From: an uncultured Candidatus Saccharibacteria bacterium
Lineage (GTDB): Bacteria > Patescibacteriota > Minisyncoccia > Phycocordibacterales > Phycocordibacteraceae
DNA: 64,000 nt
Assembly (NCBI GenBank): GCA_964398865.1
Contig: CAYNOO010000002.1
Location: forward strand, 3,588-67,587
Reading direction: 5' to 3'
Shown here: in pieces, positions 9,531-19,722 of the stretch
Layout: each line of letters begins with the position of its first letter
Position numbering within the stretch: the stretch's first letter is position 1
Position numbers and translations under genes: made by a program
The notes under the pieces: model-generated
What the model was told of the DNA's origin: nothing
The model's input: the letters and a program-made list of their open reading frames with translations, nothing else
Databases searched by the model: none

Positions 9531-10382
9531 TCAGAGAATGGAGCGAATCTCACCCATTGATTCCGTAATAATTCTGCGAAGCTCCATCTGCGCTAGAAGC
9601 ACGTTCGCGCTTCCGATAGGCATTCCTAGCGTACGAATTAATTCATCGCGTGACATTGGTTCGTGTAGTATTTCAATCACTCGTCCTTCCTCTTCTGTCA
9701 GCGCGACACTCCTGCTCGTCTCTTCTTTTTTTATATTCAACGCGTCCAAAATATCTTCAGCCGTGCGCACTGGTCTCGCTCCGAGTCCCATAAAAAGATG
9801 CCCGCCCTCACCTCCTTCGGAAAATATAGAGTGAGGCACTATCAGTAACTCCCTATTATATTCAGTTGCGAGCCGGGCAGTTATGAGTGTCCCTGACTTT
9901 AAGCCCGCTTCTATGATGAGTACTGCATGGCTCATGCCGGCCATGAGGCGATTTCGCTTCGGAAATGTATACGGTGCTGCTCGCTCCTCAGGTTCCATTT
10001 CGGAGAGAAGTGCTCCACCGCTATTAACGATGTCGTGCGCTAACGAAAGGTGCGCGCGCGGATAGAGCACGTCTTCCGAAAGCCCTGATCCTGGAACCGC
10101 GATTGTCTGCAAATCTGCTTCAAGTGCAGCCCTATGGGCAACGCCATCGATGCCAAGCGCGAGACCCGAGACTATTGCGACCGGGTACCCAGCAAGTCCC
10201 TGTATCAAATGCTCGCACGTCTCCTTTCCGTACCGGCTCATTCGTCGGGACCCTACGACCGCAAGAAGCCTGGTTTCGATGGGTGGCAACGTACCTCGTA
10301 AATACAGAGTCGATGGAGGGTCAGGAATTTCAGACAAGAGTGGCGGGAAATTCTTCGGGTTTAGTTTTTTGATTTCTACCAT
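9531..10382 (-). CDS. dprA: DNA processing protein DprA (Smf)
   Basis: GLALGIDGVAHRAALEA Rossmann-like DprA motif. The dprA-topA synteny is also conserved. Confidence 0.85.
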   Translation of the reverse strand: MVEIKKLNPKNFPPLLSEIPDPPSTLYLRGTLPPIETRLLAVVGSRRMSRYGKETCEHLIQGLAGYPVAIVSGLALGIDGVAHRAALEADLQTIAVPGSGLSEDVLYPRAHLSLAHDIVNSGGALLSEMEPEERAAPYTFPKRNRLMAGMSHAVLIIEAGLKSGTLITARLATEYNRELLIVPHSIFSEGGEGGHLFMGLGARPVRTAEDILDALNIKKEETSRSVALTEEEGRVIEILHEPMSRDELIRTLGMPIGSANVLLAQMELRRIITESMGEIRSIL

Positions 10383-10503
10383 CGTGTTACTATTTTAGCT
10401 TGGAGTGTTTGTGTTTCCGTAATTTTTCCTCTCCAAGTGATCCCTTCGGATCCGACGAAGCATCGTCTAAAACCTGACACCTACAACCTGTAACCTATTT
10501 ACA

Positions 10504-11787
10504 ATGATCGACATCAAATTCATTCAAGAAAACCCCGACATCGTCAGAGCGGCGATTTTGAATAAGAAAGGGAAGCCGGTTGATATTGATGAAGTCCTAA
10601 AACTCTCTGAAGAGCGGAAAGCCGCCAGGCAGCGAATTGACGAAGTGAATCGGAAAAGAAATGAAGCCGCCTCCGCGCGCGACATCGAGTCTGGGAAGCG
10701 GCTCAAAGAAGAGCTTCAGGCGCTTGAAGAGAGGCACGGAGAGATTGAGAAACAATTGGTTGCGCTTCTCTTGAAGATTCCCAACATACCTTCTCCTGAT
10801 ACGCCGGTAGGTGAGGATGAGAAAGAGAATGTTGTTTTGCGCGAAGTAGGCGAAAAAAGAAGTTTCGGTTCTTTCTCGCCGCGCCAGCATTTTGATATAG
10901 GGGAGGCGCTCCATGCGCTCAATTTTGAAAAGGCCGGAGCGGTATCAGGTGCTCGGTTTGCCTACATCATGGGGGATTTGGCGCTCATGCAGTTCGCACT
11001 TCTGAATCTCGCCATGAAAGTGCTCACTGACGAGGATATCCTCAAAGGAATCGTGGAGCGCGCAGGTCTTAAAGTTTCCACCAAGCCGTTCATCCCCGTT
11101 ATCCCTCCTTATATGCTGCGTTCTGCCGTAATGAACAGGATGGCGCGTCTTGATCCAATCGAGGAGCGTTACTATTTTGAAAAAGACGACGAGGTTTTGA
11201 TAGGGAGCGCCGAGCACACCTTGGGACCGCTTCATATGGATGAGGTTATTCCTGAGGAACAACTTCCCATACGCTATGTGGGCTATTCGCCGTCATTCCG
11301 TCGCGAAGCCGGCTCGTATGGTAAAGACACGCGGGGGCTGATTCGCATGCATCATTTTGACAAGGTTGAGATGGAAACATTTACGAAACCTGAAGAGGGT
11401 TACCAGGAGCAGGATTTCATGGTCGCTGTCCAAGAGCATTTCTTGCAGCTTCTAGGTCTGCCATACCGGGCAGTGTCTATCTGTACCGGAGACATGGGAT
11501 TCCCGGATCATCGTCAGTTTGATATGGAAACCTGGATGCCAGGGCAAGGGGCATATCGCGAAACCCACACGTCAGACTACATGGGGGGCTTTCAAGCGCG
11601 CCGCCTCAATACCCGTGTGAAGCGCACAGACGGGGCAATGGAATTCGTCCACATGAATGACGCGACCTTGGTAGCTATGGGTAGAACGCTCGCAGCCATT
11701 CTTGAGAACTACCAGGAATCAAATGGCACCGTGCGTGTGCCGAAAGCGCTTCAACAATACGTTGGAAAGGATATACTGAAAGTCTAA
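10504..11787 (+). CDS. serS: seryl-tRNA synthetase
   Basis: N-terminal coiled coil and class II aaRS motifs (FRREAGS, GxGxER-like). 427 aa. Confidence 0.95.
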   Translation: MIDIKFIQENPDIVRAAILNKKGKPVDIDEVLKLSEERKAARQRIDEVNRKRNEAASARDIESGKRLKEELQALEERHGEIEKQLVALLLKIPNIPSPDTPVGEDEKENVVLREVGEKRSFGSFSPRQHFDIGEALHALNFEKAGAVSGARFAYIMGDLALMQFALLNLAMKVLTDEDILKGIVERAGLKVSTKPFIPVIPPYMLRSAVMNRMARLDPIEERYYFEKDDEVLIGSAEHTLGPLHMDEVIPEEQLPIRYVGYSPSFRREAGSYGKDTRGLIRMHHFDKVEMETFTKPEEGYQEQDFMVAVQEHFLQLLGLPYRAVSICTGDMGFPDHRQFDMETWMPGQGAYRETHTSDYMGGFQARRLNTRVKRTDGAMEFVHMNDATLVAMGRTLAAILENYQESNGTVRVPKALQQYVGKDILKV

Positions 11788-11789
11788 GT

Positions 11790-12620
11790 ATGGCTGATTC
11801 TCCTCAACAAAAACTGCGTCTCAAAGATAGGCGCCGTCGTTTGATGTGGATAAAAGTTGCTGCAGGGAGCACCGTAGTGGCGCTATCGCTTGTTCTTGTA
11901 TGGTTTGTGGCGCGTTTACCCAGCGTTACCATCTCTTCAGTTGAGGTGAAAGGGACGAGTCTGGTATCGGCAGAAGCATTGAAGGGCGCTGCAGAGGAAA
12001 AATTGAGTGGCTCCTATGCGTATCTGATTCCTCGAAAAAATTCACTTGTTTTCCCAGAGAGAGATATCAAAGAAACACTTGCCGTTCTATTTCCGCCGCT
12101 CTCAAAGATCACAATTTCGCGCAACGGCTTCACCGGACTCACTCTCACCGTAGAAGAGCGTGTAGCGGTTGCGAGTTGGTGCAGTGGTGTTCCTCAAGAG
12201 GTAAATGCTGATTCAGAAGTTTCCGATGTTTCTTGTTATAGCATCGATAAAACTGGATTCATTTTTGCACCTGCTGGCGCGGAATCTACAATTCGTTTTT
12301 ATGGTGCGCTTTCAGAAAATCCTATAGGCAAGACATATCTTGACGGAGGTTTTGCATCGTTGCATGCGTTAGTAGCAGATATTAGTTCATCAATAAATCG
12401 TGTTCCCGATACAGTTGTTGTCGACGGCGCTTCAAGTGATGTTGCGGTTACCTTTCAGGGCGGTGAAGTTCTAAAGTTTGTACGTTCATCCAATCAGCAG
12501 GCAACGCTTGCCAATATCGCTTCAGTGTTCGCGTCGCAGAGTTTCAAATCCGGAACGGAGTTCGAGTATGCGGACTTCCGCTTCGGCGATAAGGTTTACG
12601 TTAAGTTTAAAGGGGAATAA
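11790..12620 (+). CDS. FtsQ/DivIB-like cell division protein (POTRA domain)
   Basis: Basic N-terminus, one transmembrane segment, then a POTRA-like segment (VTISSVEVKGTSLVSAEAL). Identification by architecture only. Confidence 0.5.
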   Translation: MADSPQQKLRLKDRRRRLMWIKVAAGSTVVALSLVLVWFVARLPSVTISSVEVKGTSLVSAEALKGAAEEKLSGSYAYLIPRKNSLVFPERDIKETLAVLFPPLSKITISRNGFTGLTLTVEERVAVASWCSGVPQEVNADSEVSDVSCYSIDKTGFIFAPAGAESTIRFYGALSENPIGKTYLDGGFASLHALVADISSSINRVPDTVVVDGASSDVAVTFQGGEVLKFVRSSNQQATLANIASVFASQSFKSGTEFEYADFRFGDKVYVKFKGE

Positions 12621-12626
12621 TTTTTT

Positions 12627-12758
12627 ATGTTGAGAAGTGAAAAAAGATTAGCTCTCATTGCAAAATGTGGATTTTGCCATCATGAAGAATGTGCAGAACT
12701 CCCGTGCCGTTGTACTGAAATGCTCTGTCCAGTGTGTCTCTGTCACGAAGAATTGTAA
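12627..12758 (+). CDS. small Cys-rich peptide, 43 aa, 8 Cys and 3 His
   Basis: Translates as MLRSEKRLALIAKCGFCHHEECAELPCRCTEMLCPVCLCHEEL and is preceded by aGGGGa. Too short for the ORF track. Speculative. Confidence 0.25.
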   Translation: MLRSEKRLALIAKCGFCHHEECAELPCRCTEMLCPVCLCHEEL

Positions 12759-13718
12759 GTTTCTGGCTACATTTGCATAGTTTTTCTTTAGATATGTGGG
12801 AAAGAAGCAGTGTCTCTTCAAGACTAAAGAATGAGCAAATTTATTATTTTATGTTAGCGCGAGCTCATCCGGAGAGCGCTGATTATTATCTTAGGAGATG
12901 TCGAGAAATTTGGGGAACTTTTACGGAATTGTTAAAGAGAGAAACTATAGTCGAGCCAGTGCCATAGTTAGTGGGCATGGCCTACTTTTTATGATTCACT
13001 GTCTGTATGTCGGAGAATAACCCTGCCGAATCAAGCCCTGTAGAGAGAAAACCGTGGTGGATACGTGTGCGAGAGCGTCTCATGAGAAATCTTAGAATGT
13101 CGCCCACTACTCGTGAACGACGAGAAAAAGATATCGAACTTTCTCGTTAAGTGATTCATGCGACGCAAAGAAATTCATAGAGAAGAGTTCCGTCATCTTG
13201 AACCGCCGCCAGATGGGATGCTTAACATCGCTCCGTGGTTCTCAAAGCCGGAAAACCCTGGCTATAGGTTTCAGGAACAGTCTCTTTTCTGTATGTCTTG
13301 CAAGCCGCCGCGATATATCGGCAAGCGGATCACTATTACCTCTCCAGGCACCGACAAGCAGCGCTGGTTTTCTGATGATCTGTATAGAGGAGAGTCCTAT
13401 GCATTTGATGCACGAGAACGCGTAAGGTGCGGCAGACACTCTGATAGCTAATTCAATGGTAGATAGTTTTTCGGAAATTTGTATTTCTGTAGATTTGTCT
13501 TAGAGTACAGAAATGGGCATTGAAGGAGAAGATAAGTCCGGCTTACTTAGTTCTATTGAGGGAGACTGTCTTCATGAGAGAGCACTTTTTGGTCTCGGTG
13601 ATTTTTTAGATCGAAGAAAAAGAATTCTGTATGGGAAGTGTACGCGTTGCGGCAGATCTGCTACTGCTGAGGTTTCTGAGGAAATCATTTCTGAATATTT
13701 CCCACAAGTTTAAAATAT

Positions 13719-14687
13719 ATGCATAGAGGATTTTGGGACAAGCTAGAAAAGCCGTTTTTGGTACTTGCACCGCTCGCGGATGTAACGGATGCGGCATTTC
13801 GGCGTTTGATTGCAAAGTATGGCAAGCCGCAGGCGATGTGGACGGAGTTCGTTTCTGCGGACGGGTTGGTGCGCGCGCCTGAGGAGGGAAGAAAGAAACT
13901 CCTGGCGGATTTGATATACACCGAAAGCGAACGCCCTATCATCGCTCAGTTCTTTACCGGTAATCCAGAGCACATGGAAAAAACAGCTGCTCTTGCGCGA
14001 GAACTTGGTTTTGATGGCATTGATATCAACATGGGTTGCCCAGACAAATCAATCGAGAAGCAAAAAGCGGGCGCTGCGATGATGAAAGATCCAACACTCG
14101 CGAAGGTGGTAATTAAAGCTGCAATCAAAGGTGCTGGTAGTTTGCCTGTCTCAGTGAAGACACGAATCGGCTACAACAAAGATGAGCTTGCAGAGTGGCT
14201 GCCGCATCTCTTAGAAACCGAACTCGCGGCAATCACCATCCATGCACGCACCAGAAAGGAAATGTCTCTCGTGCCGGCACACTGGGAGAAAGTAGCTCAA
14301 GCTGTAGAGCTGCGCGATTCGCTCAACCCCGATGTTCTTATTCTCGGGAATGGTGATGCCTTAGGGATTGAAGACGCGAAGAAGAAAGCCGAGCAATCAG
14401 GCGCTGACGGTGTGATGCTCGGTCGTGCAATATTCGGGAACCCGTGGCTCTTCGGCTCCGGGCGTGATTTGGTATCTATAGAAGAGCGGTTGCGGGTTAT
14501 GGTTGAACACTCCAAGCTCTTTGAGGAGCTTTTACCGCACAAGAGCTTCGCTATAATGAAGAAACACTATAAAGCCTATGTTGCGGGTTTTGATGGTGCT
14601 GCAGAGCTTCGGGCGGAACTGATGAGAGCAGAAAATGCCACAGAAGTAGGGGGCGCTGTGGACAGGTTCTTTACTTCAACGCATTAG
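13719..14687 (+). CDS. dus: tRNA-dihydrouridine synthase
   Basis: The FLVLAPLADVTDAAFRRL segment, the DINMGCP motif and an FMN-binding TIM-barrel layout. Confidence 0.85.
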   Translation: MHRGFWDKLEKPFLVLAPLADVTDAAFRRLIAKYGKPQAMWTEFVSADGLVRAPEEGRKKLLADLIYTESERPIIAQFFTGNPEHMEKTAALARELGFDGIDINMGCPDKSIEKQKAGAAMMKDPTLAKVVIKAAIKGAGSLPVSVKTRIGYNKDELAEWLPHLLETELAAITIHARTRKEMSLVPAHWEKVAQAVELRDSLNPDVLILGNGDALGIEDAKKKAEQSGADGVMLGRAIFGNPWLFGSGRDLVSIEERLRVMVEHSKLFEELLPHKSFAIMKKHYKAYVAGFDGAAELRAELMRAENATEVGGAVDRFFTSTH

Positions 14688-14713
14688 CCGTGTAGACTAC
14701 CTCTAATTTAGGT

Positions 14714-14806
14714 ATGTCGATTCGCCGCAAGCTTCGCCACTTCCAGAAACAGGAATTTAATTTCCATCAAACCCTCCATTCATTGGAGGGTTTTTTCAAT
14801 CTATGA
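14714..14806 (+). CDS. candidate 30-aa leader peptide (MSIRRKLRHFQKQEFNFHQTLHSLEGFFNL)
   Basis: The ORF runs through the terminator-like hairpin. Its TGA stop overlaps the carA ATG as ATGA. Confidence 0.25.
   Translation: MSIRRKLRHFQKQEFNFHQTLHSLEGFFNL
14769..14796 (+). promoter_or_regulatory. terminator/attenuator hairpin sequestering the carA Shine-Dalgarno (aaaCCCTCCattcatTGGAGGGtttttt)
   Basis: 7-bp GC-rich stem plus a T6 run, 6 nt upstream of the carA ATG. GGAGGG inside the stem is the only Shine-Dalgarno-like sequence for carA. Confidence 0.5.
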
Positions 14807-15879
14807 AACTCATCTTGAAAGACAAGTCGGTTTTCGAAGGCGAAAGTTTTGGTGCAGATGTACCCATCGCTGGCGAAGTCGTTTTCAACACGGGCATGGT
14901 TGGTTACGTCGAGAGTCTCTCGGATCCTTCGTACGCCGGGCAGATACTCGTCTGTACGTATCCTCTCATAGGTAACTATGGCGTGCCGAGCCCAGAATTC
15001 TTCGAATCAAATAAAATTCATGCAGCTGGTCTCGTGGTGAGCGAGTACAGCGAGAAGTACTCGAGCCACACTGCGAAGCAGTCGTTATCTGAATGGCTCA
15101 AACGCTCTGGTGTCCCGGCGCTCTCTGGTGTTGATACGCGTGCGATTACGAAGCGACTTCGCGAGCATGGTGTCATGTTGGGGCAGCTCGTTCCTCACGG
15201 TCGCCCTGGGAAATTCACAGATCCCAATGACGAGAATCTCGTTGCGCAGGTAAGTGTTGCGAAAAAAGAAATTTACGGAAATGGGAAAACCGTCATTGTT
15301 GCGGTGGACTGCGGTATGAAAGAGAATATCGTGCGCTCGTTATTGAAGTTTGATGTCACGATCATCCGTGTGCCCTGGGATTACGATTTCACGAATGAAA
15401 ACTACGATGGCTTGTTTCTTTCGAACGGTCCCGGTGACCCGATGATGTGTGGTGCCACGGTCGCACACATCCAGAAGGCGATAGAAAGCGGGAAGCCAAT
15501 CTTGGGAATCTGTCTCGGCACTCAGCTTCTGGCGCTTGCAGCCGGAGCGCGCACGTACAAATTAAAGTACGGACATCGCGGTCAGAATCAGTCATGTATT
15601 GATATTCTTGGAAATGCAAAACCTGGCGCTCGTGCGAAAGACCGCTGCTACATAACCTCACAGAATCACGGCTACGCGGTAGATAAGAAGACTCTCCCGA
15701 AAGAGTGGAAGGTCTGGTTTGAGAATGCGAACGACGGCTCTGTCGAAGGAATCAGACATACAACGAAGCCATGGCGTGCAGTGCAATTTCATCCAGAGGC
15801 ATCTCCTGGACCTACTGACACAAGTTGGATTTTTGAGGATTTCATTCGCACGGTAAAGGCGGCAAAAAAACATGCTTAA
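14803..15879 (+). CDS. carA: carbamoyl-phosphate synthase small (glutaminase) subunit
   Basis: CPSase small-chain N-domain plus a class I glutamine amidotransferase domain with the catalytic Cys (ILGICLGTQLL). Confidence 0.95.
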   Translation: MKLILKDKSVFEGESFGADVPIAGEVVFNTGMVGYVESLSDPSYAGQILVCTYPLIGNYGVPSPEFFESNKIHAAGLVVSEYSEKYSSHTAKQSLSEWLKRSGVPALSGVDTRAITKRLREHGVMLGQLVPHGRPGKFTDPNDENLVAQVSVAKKEIYGNGKTVIVAVDCGMKENIVRSLLKFDVTIIRVPWDYDFTNENYDGLFLSNGPGDPMMCGATVAHIQKAIESGKPILGICLGTQLLALAAGARTYKLKYGHRGQNQSCIDILGNAKPGARAKDRCYITSQNHGYAVDKKTLPKEWKVWFENANDGSVEGIRHTTKPWRAVQFHPEASPGPTDTSWIFEDFIRTVKAAKKHA

Positions 15880-18800
15880 GAAACCTAAAAAAATCCTTAT
15901 CTTAGGCTCAGGCGGACTCAAAATCGGTCAGGCTGGTGAATTTGATTATTCGGGCTCGCAGGCAATCAAGGCCTTCAAAGAAGAGGGTATTGGGACTGTC
16001 CTCATGAATCCCAACATTGCGACGGTGCAGACCGACAAAGGTTTGGCAGATTCCGTGTACTTCCTTCCGCTCACGGAGAAATTTGCAGAAGATGTGATAC
16101 GACAAGAACGCCCCGACGCGATTGCGCTGAGCTTCGGCGGGCAGACCGCGCTCAATCTTGGGTTAACACTCGAAGAGAACGGTACGTTGAAGAAATACGG
16201 CGTGCACGTGTTAGGTACGCCAGTGTCTGTCGTCCGCGACACGGAAGATAGAGATCTTTTTATAAAACGTTTGGACGAGATTGACGTTAAGACTGCGCGA
16301 AGTTTTGCTGCGCGAAGCATCAAGGATGCAGAGAGAGCTGCCGAGAAACTCGGATACCCCGTGATGGTACGCATGGGTTTTGCTCTCGGCGGTGAAGGAT
16401 CAGGACTTATTCGCTCCGCGGCGGAACTTCGGCTGCGTCTGGCAGAGGCATTCAAACGTAGTCCTCAGGTGTTGATTGAAGAATATCTCGCCGGATGGAA
16501 AGAGGTGGAGTACGAAGTGGTGCGCGATGCGGCGGATAACTGCATCGTTGTGTGCAACATGGAGAACATAGACCCGATGGGAGTCCACACGGGAGAATCA
16601 ATAGTGGTCGCTCCGTCGCAGACGCTTACCAACGAGGAGTATCATCGTCTTCGCGAAATCGCGATTAAAACGATTCGTCATCTTGGGGTCGTCGGTGAGT
16701 GCAACATTCAATACGCACTTCACCCCAAAACAGGCGATTACCGCGTCATAGAAGTGAATGCACGTCTCTCGCGCTCATCCGCGCTCGCTTCAAAGGCGAC
16801 AGGGTATCCGCTTGCATTCATCGCGGCAAAACTCGCGCTCGGTCATTCACTCACAACACTCGTAAACTCCGTCACCAAGACAACGACAGCCTGTTTTGAG
16901 CCGGCACTTGATTATCTTGTCTTGAAAGTTCCGCGCTGGGATTTGAACAAATTTGAGAATGCTGTCTCGAAAATCGGAACCGAAATGAAGTCGGTGGGTG
17001 AGGTGATGGCAATTGGGCGTTCCTTTGAAGAGGCTCTTCAGAAAGCGCTTCGCATGCTCACCATAGGCGCTGATGGTTTTACCTCGCATCGAAGCAGTAA
17101 CTTCCGTATCCCGACGTACCTTGAGGAAATTAACGAACCTACCACTAGACGTGTATTTGCTATCGCAGAGGCGCTCCGTCACGGCGTCTCCGTAGAGAAG
17201 ATTCATGAGCTTTCAGGAATCACGCCCTGGTTCTTGGAGAAGATGAAAAACATTATTGATGTTGAAAAGAAGTTACACCGTAACGCGCTCACTCCAGCGC
17301 TCCTAAAAGTTGCGAAGCAGCATGGATTCTCTGACATCCAGATTGCCGTTGCGAAGAAAAGCACTGAAGCAAAAGTTCGTGCACTTCGACAGAAGTCCGG
17401 AGTCATCCCTTCTGTAAAGCAAATCGACACTTTGGCAGGGGAGTTTCCCGCACAAACAAATTATTTGTATCTCACCTACCACGGCTCGGAACATGATGTG
17501 GCTCCCAGTCGCGGCGCCATCGCGGTCTTGGGAAGCGGTCCGTATTCTATTGGCTCCTCGGTGGAGTTTGATTGGTCAAGCGTGCAAGTCTTGCAGACGC
17601 TCAAAGCGGAAGGAGAGAAGACTGTAATGATTAATTACAATCCCGAAACTGTCTCTACCGACTACGACATGTCTGATCGCTTGTATTTTGAAGAGCTTTC
17701 ACTCGAGCGGGTTTTGGATATTGTGGAGTTTGAGCGCACAAAGGGTGTGGTGGTTTCAACGGGAGGTCAGATTCCTAATAACCTTGCGCTGCCGCTCCAT
17801 ACAAACGGCGTAAAAATTCTCGGTACGCATCCAGAAGACATCAACCGCGCGGAAGATCGTCACGTATTTTCGCAACTCTTGGACAAACTCAACATTGATC
17901 AGCCTGCATGGGCGGAATTGACCACGACAAAAGCAGCAGCTCTCACCGCTAAAAAACTCGGCTATCCGGTCTTGGTGCGCCCCTCCTACGTACTCTCGGG
18001 TGCTGCTATGGGAATCGCCTCCGACAAAGCGTCATTGATAAAGTTCTTAGAGCGCGCGGTTGATGTTTCGTCAGAACATCCGATAGTCATCTCGAAGTTT
18101 ATCGAAAATGCGCGCGAGATTGAGATAGATGGCGTAGCGGCGAAAGGCAAGCTCGCCATTTACGCGATTACCGAGCACGTGGAGAACGCCGGCACCCATT
18201 CGGGAGATGCGACTGTGGTATTACCTGCGCAGCGCACGTACCTGGAGACTATTCGCCGCGCGAAGCATGTCACGAAACAAATCATCAAAGAGCTCAAAAT
18301 CACTGGCCCCTTTAACATCCAATTCCTAGCGAAAGATAACAATCTTCAGGTCATCGAATGCAACGTCCGCGCATCGCGTAGTTTCCCGTTCGTATCAAAA
18401 GTCACTCGATACAATTTCATCGAGCTTGCGACGAAAGCTTTCTTAGGTAAAGACATCAGCGGAGAATACCGGACATTGGAACTTGATTACGTCGCAGTGA
18501 AGTCTCCACAATTTTCATACAACCGTATCAAGGGCGCAGACCCGCTTGGCTACGTCGAGATGGCATCAACGGGAGAAGTCGCATGTTTCGGCGACTCCTA
18601 TCCGGAAGCTTTATTGAAATCCATGCTCTCCGCAGGATTCAGAATTCCCAAGAAGAACATTCTGATTTCCTTAGGCGGTGAGGAGAATAAGGTCAAACTC
18701 TTGCCGGCAATTCAGAAACTCTCTGAGATGGGATTCAAACTTTTTGCCACCGAGCACACGGCTGATTTCCTAAAAACCCATAACATCAAGTCAGAGCGCG

Positions 18801-19087
18801 TCCATAAAATAAAGAGCAAACAAGAGCCAAATGTGCGCACGCTTCTTGATTCTGGAAAGCTTGATCTCATCATCAATCTTCCAAACCGAGGCTTGGTGAG
18901 AGAGGGGAACGGCAAGAATGGCTCTGACCCGTCCGACGGTTTCATCATCAGGCGGAAAGCCGTGGACTTTAACATCTCTCTTATCACCAACCGCCAGCTC
19001 GCAGAGGCTTTCGCGATGGCGCTCGCAGAAGTTGGAGAGAAGGGTTTGAGCGCAAAAGCGTGGGATGCGTATCAGAAAGATGCTTAA
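15872..19087 (+). CDS. carB: carbamoyl-phosphate synthase large subunit
   Basis: 1071 aa with duplicated ATP-grasp halves and a C-terminal MGS-like domain. Overlaps carA by 8 nt. Confidence 0.95.
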   Translation: MLKKPKKILILGSGGLKIGQAGEFDYSGSQAIKAFKEEGIGTVLMNPNIATVQTDKGLADSVYFLPLTEKFAEDVIRQERPDAIALSFGGQTALNLGLTLEENGTLKKYGVHVLGTPVSVVRDTEDRDLFIKRLDEIDVKTARSFAARSIKDAERAAEKLGYPVMVRMGFALGGEGSGLIRSAAELRLRLAEAFKRSPQVLIEEYLAGWKEVEYEVVRDAADNCIVVCNMENIDPMGVHTGESIVVAPSQTLTNEEYHRLREIAIKTIRHLGVVGECNIQYALHPKTGDYRVIEVNARLSRSSALASKATGYPLAFIAAKLALGHSLTTLVNSVTKTTTACFEPALDYLVLKVPRWDLNKFENAVSKIGTEMKSVGEVMAIGRSFEEALQKALRMLTIGADGFTSHRSSNFRIPTYLEEINEPTTRRVFAIAEALRHGVSVEKIHELSGITPWFLEKMKNIIDVEKKLHRNALTPALLKVAKQHGFSDIQIAVAKKSTEAKVRALRQKSGVIPSVKQIDTLAGEFPAQTNYLYLTYHGSEHDVAPSRGAIAVLGSGPYSIGSSVEFDWSSVQVLQTLKAEGEKTVMINYNPETVSTDYDMSDRLYFEELSLERVLDIVEFERTKGVVVSTGGQIPNNLALPLHTNGVKILGTHPEDINRAEDRHVFSQLLDKLNIDQPAWAELTTTKAAALTAKKLGYPVLVRPSYVLSGAAMGIASDKASLIKFLERAVDVSSEHPIVISKFIENAREIEIDGVAAKGKLAIYAITEHVENAGTHSGDATVVLPAQRTYLETIRRAKHVTKQIIKELKITGPFNIQFLAKDNNLQVIECNVRASRSFPFVSKVTRYNFIELATKAFLGKDISGEYRTLELDYVAVKSPQFSYNRIKGADPLGYVEMASTGEVACFGDSYPEALLKSMLSAGFRIPKKNILISLGGEENKVKLLPAIQKLSEMGFKLFATEHTADFLKTHNIKSERVHKIKSKQEPNVRTLLDSGKLDLIINLPNRGLVREGNGKNGSDPSDGFIIRRKAVDFNISLITNRQLAEAFAMALAEVGEKGLSAKAWDAYQKDA

Positions 19088-19097
19088 ATGAAGGGGT

Positions 19098-19721
19098 ATG
19101 GATGACGTCATACAGATTCTGAAAGACGCGGGCGCAATACTAGAGGGTCATTTCATCGGTGTTTCGGGACGGCATCTTCCTGTGTACATCAACAAGGACG
19201 CATGGCTCTTGCACACGGGACTCGTCTCAAAGATCTGTCGGATGCTTGCTGAGCTGAATAAAGATAATCAGATAGACGTAGTCGTGGGACCCGCTGTCGG
19301 TGGCGTCGTTATTTCACAGTGGACGGCGTACCACTTATCAGAAATCACTGGCAGGGAAGTATTGAGTGTTTTTACTGAAAAGACTCCAGAGGGTGGGCAG
19401 ATACTAAAGCGAAACTACGACAAGGTGGTAGCGGGGAAGCGTATTCTCGCCGTTGAGGACACGGTCACGACGGGCGGGTCCGTGAAAAAAACTATTGACG
19501 CTATTGCTTCGGCTGGAGGAAATGTCGTGCAGCTTTCACTTATTGTGAATAGGAATCCTAAAGAGGTGACCGCGGCAACGTTTGGTCTGCCGGTAAGCGC
19601 GCTTGCCGAGATTGATATGGAAAGTTACGAAGAAAATGAAGTGCCGGAGTGGTTGAAAGCAATTCCCATCAACACTGAGTTCGGGCACGGTGCGAAGTAT
19701 CTTAAAGAACATATGAGTTGA
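19098..19721 (+). CDS. pyrE: orotate phosphoribosyltransferase (type I PRTase)
   Basis: PRPP-binding motif RILAVEDTVTTGGS, plus its position inside the pyr cluster. Confidence 0.7.
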   Translation: MDDVIQILKDAGAILEGHFIGVSGRHLPVYINKDAWLLHTGLVSKICRMLAELNKDNQIDVVVGPAVGGVVISQWTAYHLSEITGREVLSVFTEKTPEGGQILKRNYDKVVAGKRILAVEDTVTTGGSVKKTIDAIASAGGNVVQLSLIVNRNPKEVTAATFGLPVSALAEIDMESYEENEVPEWLKAIPINTEFGHGAKYLKEHMS

Positions 19722-19722
19722 T

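Noticed and set aside
15908-18990. Antisense ORFs inside carB (e.g. 15946-16455, 16847-17206, 18791-19111)
   Set aside because: They are shadow ORFs within a conserved 1071-aa gene.
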